Source: Clostridiales bacterium
Lineage (GTDB): Bacteria; Bacillota; Clostridia; Lachnospirales; WRAX01
Reading direction: 5' to 3'
Assembly (NCBI GenBank): GCA_031277225.1
Contig: JAITMQ010000134.1
Coordinates: forward strand, 1-54,660
Length of the DNA: 54,660 nucleotides
The position numbers and the translations under genes were made by a program. Shown here piece after piece: positions 24,664 to 34,068 of this stretch (position 1 is its first letter; each line of letters begins with the position of its first letter). The notes beneath the pieces were generated by a model. It was not told the origin of the DNA. It saw only the letters and a program-made list of their open reading frames with translations, and ran no database searches.

Positions 24664-25228
24664 TTCGCCTTAGTTTGGCTTTGGGCGACAGGCCGAATTG
24701 CAGGGCTACCAGAGCCACAAAAACCAGCAGGAAGGCAATGCTGTAGAGAATCATGGTTTGATGCGACCATTCGCCCAAATTCCCGAAAAACGCGCCGATA
24801 GAACTCAGACCTGCGGACATGGCTGTAATTACGGGGCTTAGAGCGTCTGACAGGCCGTAAAGACCCGCGCCCTGTAGCCAAGTTAAGATTTCCGCGCCAA
24901 ATAAAGCCAGAGCCGCGCCGCCGAACAGCCCAAGGGCTAAAATCGCCCACGCACCAAAAATCAAGCCATCAAGAATCCGACCTTTTTTGGGGGAGTTATA
25001 GAGGTTTAGAGCCGCAACTTTCGCCATAATAGCGGGGGCGAAGTCCGCCGGGGCTTCCACAATTTCCATGTCGTCAAAACCCTGCAAAATCTCGCTATAG
25101 GCGGCAAAATCTTCGCGGCAGTCCGCGCAGACCTCCATATGCTTCTTTAGATTCATTTCTTCAAAGTCGCAAAGGGAAAGCTCTTTATCCATATATTTCA
25201 TCATGAATTCGCCATATTTGTTACACAT
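24650..25228 (-). CDS. anti-sigma factor, zf-HC2 type, membrane-anchored
   Basis: HMEVCADCREDFAAY (HxxxCxxC) followed by TM helices. The ATG overlaps the sigma gene stop. RBS GGGGTGAGAG. Confidence 0.75.
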   Translation of the reverse strand: MCNKYGEFMMKYMDKELSLCDFEEMNLKKHMEVCADCREDFAAYSEILQGFDDMEIVEAPADFAPAIMAKVAALNLYNSPKKGRILDGLIFGAWAILALGLFGGAALALFGAEILTWLQGAGLYGLSDALSPVITAMSAGLSSIGAFFGNLGEWSHQTMILYSIAFLLVFVALVALQFGLSPKAKLRRSGGR

Positions 25229-25793
25229 AACTCTCACCCCTTTTCAAAGTCATTAAACTTTCCTTAAGCAGCTTGCGCGCCCGAAACAGGCGGTTTTTCA
25301 CCTTGGACATGGGTTCGTCCACAATTTCCGAAATTTCTTGATAACTCAGCCCCTGGCTATGATACAGCACAATCGGCAATTTATACATATCGGGCAGGGA
25401 TTCAATGGCATCTGTCAAAATTTGGCTTTGTTCCTTCGCCAAATATGCTTCTTCGGGCGAGTCCGCCACAGCCACAGCCGCCGCGGCCTCCAATTCATAG
25501 GTTTCGGCCGCCGCACTTCCGCGCCGCCTAAAATCAATCACATGATTCGTTGCAATCCGAATAACCCATGTCGAAAATTTATAATCGGGTTTATATTTTT
25601 TCAAATTTTTGTAAATCTTGATGAAGACCTCCTGCGCCTGGTCATTTGCGTCCTCGCGACAATTTACCATGCGCAAAACCACGGAATATACCAAATTTTT
25701 ATAGCGCGCCAAAAGTTCGTCAAAAGCGGCCACCTCGCCGCCCGTGGTTGCTAAAATCAATTCGTAGTCGGTTTTGCCTTCGTATTTGTCCAT
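25221..25793 (-). CDS. ECF-type RNA polymerase sigma-70 family factor
   Basis: Region 2: AQEVFIKIYKNL..FSTWVIRIATNHVIDFRRR. Region 4: LSYQEISEIVDEPMSKVKNRLFRARKLL. Confidence 0.88.
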   Translation of the reverse strand: MDKYEGKTDYELILATTGGEVAAFDELLARYKNLVYSVVLRMVNCREDANDQAQEVFIKIYKNLKKYKPDYKFSTWVIRIATNHVIDFRRRGSAAAETYELEAAAAVAVADSPEEAYLAKEQSQILTDAIESLPDMYKLPIVLYHSQGLSYQEISEIVDEPMSKVKNRLFRARKLLKESLMTLKRGESYV

Positions 25794-25828
25794 AATAACC
25801 CTTTTCTTATATATACGCAAAATTTTTA

Positions 25829-26725
25829 TTAAGGTCTGATTTTATTTAGAGCCTTTTGGAAGCATGGCGGCGGGTCGGCTTCAAAGCGCATTTTTTCGCC
25901 ATTTGTGTGGGTGAAACCTAAGGTTTGGGCGTGCAGGGCTTGACCATCCAACCCGAAATTTTGCTTAGCGCGGCTATATACGGGGTCAGCCATGACAGGA
26001 TGCCCGATATGCGCCATATGCGCGCGAATTTGGTGCGTTCGGCCCGTTTCCAAGCGGGCTTGGATTAGGGTAAAATTCCCAAAAGATTCCAAAGTTTGGT
26101 AATGCGTGATGGCGGCGCGCCCTGCGGGGTCTACCGCCATTTTTTTGCGGTTAATTTTATGACGGGCAAGGGGCGCGTTAATTGTGCCGTCGGGCGGATT
26201 TGGGCGGCCGTGGACAATTGCGATATATTCGCGCAAAATTGCGCGCTCGGCGAATTGCTTAGCCAACGCATTATGCGCCCTGTCGGTTTTTGCGGCAACC
26301 AAAAGCCCCGAAGTATCCTTATCAATTCGATGCACAATTCCCGGCCGCAAAACGCCGTTTATGCCCGAAAGCGAGTCGCCGCAATGAAACAAAAGGGCGT
26401 TGACAAGAGTGCCTTCGGCATGGCCGGGCGCGGGATGAACAACCATTCCTTTGGGTTTGTTTACAACTATAAGCTCGCTGTCCTCGTAGATAATGTCCAG
26501 CGGCAGAGCCTGCGGCGCGATTTCGAGAGCCACGACCGAAGGTCCGCGCAAATGTACCTTATCGCCCAAACGTAGGCGATAGCCCGCCTTAGTTTTTGCT
26601 CCGTTAACGGTTACATTCTCCGCCGCAATTAGCTTATTCACAGCATTACGCGTCAACCCACCAAATTCCGCGGCAAAAATGTCCAGGCGCGCGCCCACAT
26701 CGCCCGATTCGACAACTCTAAGCAT
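25829..26725 (-). CDS. rluD: RluA/RluD-family 23S rRNA pseudouridine synthase
   Basis: N-terminal S4 domain, GIVHRIDKDTSGLLVAAKTD and TGRTHQIRAHMAHIGHP. Confidence 0.9.
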   Translation of the reverse strand: MLRVVESGDVGARLDIFAAEFGGLTRNAVNKLIAAENVTVNGAKTKAGYRLRLGDKVHLRGPSVVALEIAPQALPLDIIYEDSELIVVNKPKGMVVHPAPGHAEGTLVNALLFHCGDSLSGINGVLRPGIVHRIDKDTSGLLVAAKTDRAHNALAKQFAERAILREYIAIVHGRPNPPDGTINAPLARHKINRKKMAVDPAGRAAITHYQTLESFGNFTLIQARLETGRTHQIRAHMAHIGHPVMADPVYSRAKQNFGLDGQALHAQTLGFTHTNGEKMRFEADPPPCFQKALNKIRP

Positions 26726-27227
26726 CGCTTTTCTCCTTTTTTTCGTCCTTCATGAATAATGTTAGGACAATTAGCCCGATTACCGACACAACGACGAAGA
26801 CATCGGCAAAATTGAAGACGAAGGGGAAAAATTCAAAGATTATAAAGTCTACAACAAAGCCGCCGCGAAGGACACGGTCGACAAAATTGCCCAGCGCGCC
26901 GCCAATCAGCACTAAAATCGTGATTTGGTAGATTTTGCCTATGCGGGTTTTTGGGGCGGTGATGTAAAAATAAAATAGGGCGGCCAAAATTACCACGGTG
27001 GCGACAATAAAAAGCCAGCGCCAGCCCGACAAAAGCCCCAAGGCCATGCCGTCATTTTCCGTAAAGGTTAGGCGCAAAAAGCCGTCGATTAGGATTCTGT
27101 CGCGGGCCGGGCCAAATTCTGTTAGCGGGGCCAAATGCCTGATGGCCAGGAATTTTGTGATTTGGTCGATAAATAAAGCCAGCCCCACTATTAGCGCGGG
27201 AAATACATATGTTTTTAAGATTCGCAT
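26718..27227 (-). CDS. lspA: lipoprotein signal peptidase II
   Basis: FIDQITK, NDGMALG, GNFVDR and FNFADVFV motifs, with 4 TM helices. Confidence 0.9.
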   Translation of the reverse strand: MRILKTYVFPALIVGLALFIDQITKFLAIRHLAPLTEFGPARDRILIDGFLRLTFTENDGMALGLLSGWRWLFIVATVVILAALFYFYITAPKTRIGKIYQITILVLIGGALGNFVDRVLRGGFVVDFIIFEFFPFVFNFADVFVVVSVIGLIVLTLFMKDEKKEKSDA

Positions 27228-27228
27228 A

Positions 27229-28284
27229 TTAACCTCTCAAAATAGTTTTTATAGACCGCAAAACCTCCGCACGGGCGGGATTGCGAACAATTTCGGCTTG
27301 ACCCGGCTGCGGCGTGAGAATCAGCGTAAGTTGGCCATTTCGCGCCTTTTTGTCCTTTAGCATTTGCGCATAAATTTCCTCGGGACAAAGCCCTGCCAAG
27401 GCCGTGGGCAGGCCGAAACCCTCCAGGAGTTGCGCCGCAAAATCGGCCTCTTTTGCGCTTAGGCCAAGATGCCGCACGGAATAATCCAGCGCGCAGACCA
27501 TGCCGAGGGACACGGCGTGGCCGTGGGGCAGGCTGAAATTCAGCAGGGATTCGATGGCATGTCCGAAAGTATGGCCGAAATTCAGGATTTGGCGCAGGTT
27601 GGCCTCTTTTTCGTCGGCGGCGACAATTTCGGACTTTATGGCGCAGCAGCGCGCGACTATATGAGCCAGTGCGTCAGCACCGCGCATGGTTATGGCCTCT
27701 TTATTCTCGTGCAGAAAGTCAAGCAAAGCCCTATCCTTTATTATGCCATATTTTACGACTTCCGACAAGCCCGAAATAAATTCCCGCCGAGGCAGACTGT
27801 CCAAGGTGGCGAGATTGGCGTAAATCAGGCGCGGATGGCGGAAGCTGCCTATAAGATTTTTCACGCCGGCAAAGTCTATGGCGGTTTTGCCGCCTATACT
27901 TGCGTCTACTTGCGCCAGAAGGGTTGTCGGCAAATTTACATAATCGATTCCGCGCATATAAATTGAGGCGGCAAAGCCCGCAATATCGGAAATTACGCCG
28001 CCGCCAAGCGCGAAAACCAAAGAAGACCTGTCCAGCCCGGCCTCGTGGAAAATTGTTAGAATTTTGCCCAAATTCCCAAAATCTTTAGCGGCTTCGCCTG
28101 CCGGAAGGGTCAGCATCTCAAGATGCCAATTTGTGCCCCCGGAAAGGGATTCCCAAATTTGCGCAGCATAAAGTGCCTCGACATTCACATCCGTTACAAT
28201 AATAACCCGCCGCGCCTCGCTAATCTCCCAAATTTTCGCGATTTCGGAAACCAAATCGCCCCAATCATTCCTAACCACAACCAT
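27229..28284 (-). CDS. aroB: 3-dehydroquinate synthase
   Basis: GGGVISDIAGFAAS, LPTTLLAQVDASIGGKTAID, NFGHTFGHAIE and HGHAVSLGM. ATG 28284 has GGAGG 7 nt upstream. Confidence 0.92.
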   Translation of the reverse strand: MVVVRNDWGDLVSEIAKIWEISEARRVIIVTDVNVEALYAAQIWESLSGGTNWHLEMLTLPAGEAAKDFGNLGKILTIFHEAGLDRSSLVFALGGGVISDIAGFAASIYMRGIDYVNLPTTLLAQVDASIGGKTAIDFAGVKNLIGSFRHPRLIYANLATLDSLPRREFISGLSEVVKYGIIKDRALLDFLHENKEAITMRGADALAHIVARCCAIKSEIVAADEKEANLRQILNFGHTFGHAIESLLNFSLPHGHAVSLGMVCALDYSVRHLGLSAKEADFAAQLLEGFGLPTALAGLCPEEIYAQMLKDKKARNGQLTLILTPQPGQAEIVRNPARAEVLRSIKTILRG

Positions 28285-28336
28285 CCCAATCCCTCCTATC
28301 AAAAAAACCTTCATTGATTATGAAGGTTTTTGTAAA

Positions 28337-29380
28337 TTATTCCAAGCCGTGCCATTCGGAAATTAGTATATATTCGTCGGGGATGACTGTCGTTGCCAGC
28401 CCTAGAATCTCCCTAAAGAAGGTCAACGGCACATACATTTCGCCCCTGCGAAGCCTTGGCCCGGTTTCAAGCTGGCGGGTTTCTCCATCGCGTATATAGG
28501 CGTTTCGGCCCACGGTTACTGTGGTTACAGCCTCCCCGCCCCTTGAAATATTCATGCGAATAGGAGCTGTAAGGGCTTCTGTTTCGAAGCCAAAACGTGC
28601 GACAACATCACTTAAACGAACCATTATTGTGCTGTATTGCGCGGCGGTTAGGGCGAAAAACACCTCGTTTTCTATTATTTCGTTTTGAATGTCTTCAAAG
28701 GCGAAGGTAATATTTTCAATTTCGCGCTGGCTAATCCGAAGCGTGCCGGACGCAAATGGAACGACAAGCCCGTCTTCATCCAAATAAAACGGATGATTAT
28801 TGTCAATTCCCGCAAAATTAGCTATAAAAAGCCGCGGATTAAGCGCAATTTTATTTTCAAGGCGGCCATTTACAATTTGCAGGGCATTTGGATTAAAATC
28901 GGTTATGCTTATAATTTCAAGGGTTTCGGCATTAATTACGGTTGTGGCGACGGCGCGCGTGATATTAACCCCGCGAGCCTCCATATTCACAATCACGGAA
29001 ACATAACGCCCTGCTGCAATTGTTTCGGTTTCAAAATGCAAGTCGGGCGTGCGCGCCCTGTGAATTTGAATGAATTCGTCGCGTTGGGCGACAAAACGGT
29101 CGTTAAGCTCAATATTCAGAGCGGCGGCACCGAGGACAGTCAAGGAGGCATTTGGAATTTCGCCCGTTATGGTCATATCGGGCGCGCCCCTGCGCGGCGT
29201 GGCGGCGCGTGTGCCGATTTGGTCGGCAATGCGAGTGGCGGCGACGGTCGCAAAGGTCGCGTCTTGCGCATATGCGCGCAATTCGCCTGTAACAAGCCCG
29301 GACAATGCCAAAACAACGGCCAAAGATGTTGTGGCCACGGATTTATATATTTTTGAATTTTTGAATTTAAGGCATTTCAT
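28337..29380 (-). CDS. secreted protein with DUF3298/DUF4163-like core and a C-terminal copper-amine-oxidase-N-like (stalk) domain
   Basis: Signal peptide. C-terminus ..IRDGETRQLETGPRLRRGEMYVPLTFFREILGL. The second ATG (29380) has proper GGAG spacing. Confidence 0.6.
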   Translation of the reverse strand: MKCLKFKNSKIYKSVATTSLAVVLALSGLVTGELRAYAQDATFATVAATRIADQIGTRAATPRRGAPDMTITGEIPNASLTVLGAAALNIELNDRFVAQRDEFIQIHRARTPDLHFETETIAAGRYVSVIVNMEARGVNITRAVATTVINAETLEIISITDFNPNALQIVNGRLENKIALNPRLFIANFAGIDNNHPFYLDEDGLVVPFASGTLRISQREIENITFAFEDIQNEIIENEVFFALTAAQYSTIMVRLSDVVARFGFETEALTAPIRMNISRGGEAVTTVTVGRNAYIRDGETRQLETGPRLRRGEMYVPLTFFREILGLATTVIPDEYILISEWHGLE

Positions 29381-29498
29381 AGTCATTTCTCCTTTCTGTC
29401 TAGCTCATTATAGCGGGGTTCGAGATGAAAGTCAATGGAATAATGGGATTGTAGAGAAATTGTAATCAAACAGACATATTTTTTAATAAAAATTATAC

Positions 29499-29527
29499 TT
29501 GAATAAATCGGAGAAATAGTGTATAAT
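29499..29527 (+). promoter_or_regulatory. promoter of the cyclophilin gene
   Basis: TTGAAT, 17 nt, TATAAT. Confidence 0.55.
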
Positions 29528-29567
29528 AGATATTTAACCATAGAATTCAATAAAAAGGAGAGTTTTT

Positions 29568-30464
29568 ATGACTAAACAAAAGAATAGATTCTTAGGAAAA
29601 TTTGCCATCCTTGCGGTGGCGGCGGTGGGTCTGGCCTTTACGGGCTGTAATAATGGCGAGCTTAATATTGAACCGCTTGACGAGGCAGTCTTGGAGGCGT
29701 TTTTAGCACCCATGCCCGACGACATTACGGGTTTTATGAGCTTTAACGCAAACCCGGGGGCTTTGGCAAATCAGCTGGCAGAACCCGCTCCGGGCGATAT
29801 TTACGCCGTTTTGCACACGAATCACGGGCAAATTCACCTGCGCTTCTTTCCCGACCTAGCCCCCCTTGCCGTCAGAAATTTTTTAACACATGCAAATAAT
29901 GGCTATTTTAACGGCCTTATTTTCCACCGTGTTATTGATACCTTTATGATTCAAGGCGGCGACCCCGAAGGCACGGGAATGGGCGGCGAAAGCATTTTCG
30001 GCGCAACCTTTGGCGACGAATTGTCGCCGAATTTAAAGCATATCAGAGGTGCGCTGTCCATGGCCAATTCAAATAATCCCGATTTGGGACGTTTCCAAAC
30101 GAATGGCAGTCAATTCTTTATTGTGCAAAATAGCGCGCTTCCGGCACATGCCGCCGGCGACACGCAATTTTTCCTTGAAAACCAAGATGTGCCTTTTGCG
30201 GAAATTTTTGGCGAGGGGCTGAGAGAAGATTTGATGGATGCGACAATTAGGGATGTCTATCCGGCTGATTTTATGCAGCATTATCTTGAAAACGGCGGCA
30301 CGCCGCATCTCGATTTTGGGCATACGGTGTTTGGGCAGGTTATTCGCGGAATGGATATTGTTGACGCAATAGCCGCCGTAGAGGTTGTAAACCCCATGGC
30401 GCAGGACTTTCGGCCTGTGGAAGATGTAATCCTCCAAGCCGTCGAATTGCGGATTTGGGAATAA
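29568..30464 (+). CDS. ppiB: cyclophilin-type peptidyl-prolyl isomerase, lipoprotein
   Basis: Lipobox LAFTGC. FHRVIDTFMIQGGDPEGTGMGGESIFG and GSQFFIV. Confidence 0.9.
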   Translation: MTKQKNRFLGKFAILAVAAVGLAFTGCNNGELNIEPLDEAVLEAFLAPMPDDITGFMSFNANPGALANQLAEPAPGDIYAVLHTNHGQIHLRFFPDLAPLAVRNFLTHANNGYFNGLIFHRVIDTFMIQGGDPEGTGMGGESIFGATFGDELSPNLKHIRGALSMANSNNPDLGRFQTNGSQFFIVQNSALPAHAAGDTQFFLENQDVPFAEIFGEGLREDLMDATIRDVYPADFMQHYLENGGTPHLDFGHTVFGQVIRGMDIVDAIAAVEVVNPMAQDFRPVEDVILQAVELRIWE

Positions 30465-30490
30465 TTTCCAACGTGGAGTAGCTGCTAGGC

Positions 30491-30727
<237 letters not shown>

Positions 30728-30764
30728 TATGACACGCCTTCAACAGGCTTTAGGAGGGGTTTTT

Positions 30765-30938
30765 ATGGCATTGGAAACGAAGGTAATGTTGCAAATGCTG
30801 GCAGACCAGGTTGCAAATTCTGACAGCGTGGAGAAGGCCTATCTCTTCATAATGCGTGCTGCAAATGCAAAAGGTTTGAACTTGCAACCCATCGAAGAAG
30901 TTCGCGCCTTGTATAGAGGGGAAGCTTATGGCAATTGA
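30765..30938 (+). CDS. small helical protein (57 aa), paralog of the next gene
   Basis: RBS TAGGAGGGG. Translation: MALETKVMLQMLADQVANSDSVEKAYLFIMRAANAKGLNLQPIEEV.. Confidence 0.6.
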   Translation: MALETKVMLQMLADQVANSDSVEKAYLFIMRAANAKGLNLQPIEEVRALYRGEAYGN

Positions 30939-31131
30939 AACCAAGATGCTTTTAAAATCAGTCCTGAACCAAATAGCAATGTCCGACAGCTTGGAACAGG
31001 CCTATTCGCTTATCGCCGAAATGGCCAGCGTTGAGGGCTTGGACATTTTAAGCTATAACGATATGAGGACAAAGGTTAAGGGCTGGGCCGCCATGAATCG
31101 GCCCGATGTCGCAAAAAATAGGGAGGAATAA
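30928..31131 (+). CDS. small helical protein (67 aa), paralog of the previous gene
   Basis: MAIETKMLLKSVLNQIAMSDSLEQAYSLIAEMASVEGLDILSYNDM.. It overlaps the previous gene by 11 nt, and its stop lies 4 nt before the SLH gene's GTG. Confidence 0.6.
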   Translation: MAIETKMLLKSVLNQIAMSDSLEQAYSLIAEMASVEGLDILSYNDMRTKVKGWAAMNRPDVAKNREE

Positions 31132-31135
31132 CCCC

Positions 31136-34054
31136 GTGAAAATATTTCGTAGATTTTTGGCCTTTGTTTTGGCGGCTTTGATGGTTTTGCCTTTGGCAAC
31201 GCCTGTTTTTGCCGACGATTTTATTTTGGTGGACGCAAACCGCACCTTTACGGGACGCGCCGAGGCCGAGGCCCTTATGGAATCCGCCAATTTTGACGAT
31301 TTAGGCGCGAATTGGCCCGCCGAGGCCGTGGTTCGCGGAATTGCGCTTGGCGCGCTTTCCGGCGATGCCGCCGTGGATTTTCGCAATTTTCGCCCGAATG
31401 ACAATATGACGCGGCAAGAGGTTGTGAACACAATTATGCGCGCAATGGGCCTTAGCGGTCAAGCGTCGGCGCGCGGCGCGGAACTTGTGCAGCAGACGGG
31501 AATGTGGCCAACCGCCCAAGCCATGGTCGATTTGGGCTATTCCGTGCTGGCCATGGACATGGGCATAATTCCCGCCGATTTTATGCTGTGGGGCAATGCA
31601 AGCCGTCAAGAGGTGGCTTCGATTCTTTATAATGCGGTTATGGCCGTGGCTTCGGGACATTTTAATGCCGCGCCCGCGCTGGTTCAAGTCTATAATTTGG
31701 CCGATTGGCGCGATATTGACCCGCTTTATTTAATTGCCGTTGAAAATATTATGGCCGCAAATATTATGCGGGGCGACGGGCTGTATTTTTCACCGAGAAA
31801 TAATGTAACCCGCGGCGAAATGGCGCAGGTTCTTTCGAATTTGGATACGATTTTCTTGGACATACACGGGCTTGAGCGCAGGACGGGCACGGTTGCCGAA
31901 ATTACGGGCGGCGAGCTTGTTCAGACCGGTCAAACGCAGTCCTGGCAGAATTTTCATGTGCGCTTAGGCGACGGTTCGGTGGATATTTTGCAATTTAGCG
32001 AAAATATTTATCCCTCGCCGCAGGCCGAGGTTTTGGATGCCGTGGTCTTTAATTTTGGGCAAATCGGCGGGCTGGAACTCCTTGAAATCAACCATACCAT
32101 AGAATATTTTGTGCATCTTGAAACCAATACCGTTTGGTATGTCAATATTTTACATTATGCCGTCGAAGATAGCGTAGAAGGGCAACTTTTCGCCCTTGAT
32201 GCCGCAGAAATGACCGTAACCCTGCGTTTTAACGGCCAAAACCTCATTTTTTCGCTGGTTGACGGCCTTGTTACAACCTTGGGCGGCAATAACTATGTGC
32301 TGATGGACCAAATTCGCGAAAATATTGCAACCCTGCCTTTTGGGCAAAATGTGCGGCTTTACTTGCGAAATAATGTCGTAATTCAAATATCATTCGTGGG
32401 AATGCCCGTCTTGGTTGACGAATTCCGAGGGCTTGTTTTGGAAAATAATCCCGATTTTGGCTATATGGTGCTTATGAATGCCGCAGGGCAACGTTTTTCC
32501 ATGCGATATTACAGCCAAGAAATGATGGTTCAAAGGCTGTCGCATTGGGACCATGGCTGGTTTAATTCCTATATCGGCCAAATTTTCCCAACTTTTGGCT
32601 TTAGACCGACAAATACAATCGGCGACATTGTGCCCGGCGACATTGTGTTTATTCGGCCAGAGGCGGGCGAAGCGGCGGTTATTTCCGCCATTTCCGCCAT
32701 CTCGAATTATATCATGCGCTATGGCCGAATTGTAACAATTGTGCATCATGAAGACCATATGTCGATACTTTTAGAGCGCGAAGACGGGCAGACGGCTTGG
32801 CATGAAATTATGGGCAATACCTTTATTCGTGCCGAAGGCCGCCCCATTGCGGCCGGTGCTGTGCGCGTCGGCGATTGGGTGCGCCTTTTGGTGAATGAGG
32901 CCGTGATAGCACCCGGTCATATGATTTCGTCTGTGCGGGAAATGGCCGTTGAAGGGGATGCGCGCCATATTTCCAATATTGTGCGCGGCAATTTAGTCGG
33001 CATAAATGCCATGCAAAATTTCTTGCAAATTGAACATGCGCAGGTGCTTTCACAGGCGGGCTGGACGAATTTTAACGATATTAGACAGCTTTCAATTGCA
33101 AATAATAATATTGCATATTATTACAATAATCGCAGGATTACGCGCGACGAGGCTCTGCGGCAATTCCGCCTAAGCCCCGCAACGGTCTATATCGCCCTTG
33201 AAAACCATTTTGCGGGCGAGAGGGTTACAATGGTAAGCTTCCGCACACAGCGCGAAGAGCGACTGCCCGCAGATACCGTAATTGCGTCGGATGGCGGCGG
33301 AGGATTCCAATTGGCAAGCATTGCGGGGCCAATAAATACCGACAGCGGCACTATTGTGCGCCGCCATGGGCGTTTGGTGTCGGGTCTGGATATTTTCCCG
33401 GGCGACCATGCCTCGGTTGTGCTAAACGGCGCGGGAATGGCGGCCGTGATTGATATTACAAATCGTCCCGACACATCGGCCCTGCAAATTATGCGCGCGC
33501 GGGTTACGCGCGTGTGGGATGGCGAAAGTTTCCGCGTGGCTTCTATGTCGCAGCTTTTTGGGCATAATTGGGTATTTTCGCCGGTTGAGCGGGAATTTGC
33601 AATCGACAGCCGCACCATGTATTTGGGCCCCGATGGTTCTGTAAATTCCGTGCTTGATGCCAATTTTATTACCTATACGGAAGAAACGGTTTTTGACCAA
33701 GTGTTTACGATTGTTACGGACGGGTCAAGAGCCACCCATATCTTTGAGGCGGCCTTTGCAAACCGCGCCGCGCGCGGCACAATTTACGCCATAGAGGACG
33801 GGCAGGTGCGCCTGCGGGATGTAACAATTCAAAATCCCGTTACGAATCGATGGGATATTATTTCGATTGCGAATAATACCATGGCCGTGAATTTAAGCTC
33901 TAATACGCTTATAGGGCGGGATAATGCGGTTGTGCCGTTTGCTGCAATGCAACAGCTTCAAATTGGGGATGAAGTGCTTGTCATGACAAATAATATTCCG
34001 GCGGCGAGAACGCCGGGAATGGAAATTAATGGTCTTATAGTGCTGGTTGATTGA
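31136..34054 (+). CDS. SLH-domain cell-wall protein (972 aa from GTG 31136)
   Basis: Signal peptide VKIFRRFLAFVLAALMVLPLATPVFA. N-terminal SLH repeats: WPAEAVVRGIALGALSGD...NMTRQEVVNTIMRAMGL and DPLYLIAVENIMAANIMRGDG..VTRGEMAQVLSNL. Confidence 0.85.
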   Translation: MKIFRRFLAFVLAALMVLPLATPVFADDFILVDANRTFTGRAEAEALMESANFDDLGANWPAEAVVRGIALGALSGDAAVDFRNFRPNDNMTRQEVVNTIMRAMGLSGQASARGAELVQQTGMWPTAQAMVDLGYSVLAMDMGIIPADFMLWGNASRQEVASILYNAVMAVASGHFNAAPALVQVYNLADWRDIDPLYLIAVENIMAANIMRGDGLYFSPRNNVTRGEMAQVLSNLDTIFLDIHGLERRTGTVAEITGGELVQTGQTQSWQNFHVRLGDGSVDILQFSENIYPSPQAEVLDAVVFNFGQIGGLELLEINHTIEYFVHLETNTVWYVNILHYAVEDSVEGQLFALDAAEMTVTLRFNGQNLIFSLVDGLVTTLGGNNYVLMDQIRENIATLPFGQNVRLYLRNNVVIQISFVGMPVLVDEFRGLVLENNPDFGYMVLMNAAGQRFSMRYYSQEMMVQRLSHWDHGWFNSYIGQIFPTFGFRPTNTIGDIVPGDIVFIRPEAGEAAVISAISAISNYIMRYGRIVTIVHHEDHMSILLEREDGQTAWHEIMGNTFIRAEGRPIAAGAVRVGDWVRLLVNEAVIAPGHMISSVREMAVEGDARHISNIVRGNLVGINAMQNFLQIEHAQVLSQAGWTNFNDIRQLSIANNNIAYYYNNRRITRDEALRQFRLSPATVYIALENHFAGERVTMVSFRTQREERLPADTVIASDGGGGFQLASIAGPINTDSGTIVRRHGRLVSGLDIFPGDHASVVLNGAGMAAVIDITNRPDTSALQIMRARVTRVWDGESFRVASMSQLFGHNWVFSPVEREFAIDSRTMYLGPDGSVNSVLDANFITYTEETVFDQVFTIVTDGSRATHIFEAAFANRAARGTIYAIEDGQVRLRDVTIQNPVTNRWDIISIANNTMAVNLSSNTLIGRDNAVVPFAAMQQLQIGDEVLVMTNNIPAARTPGMEINGLIVLVD

Positions 34055-34068
34055 TGGAGGTAATTAAA

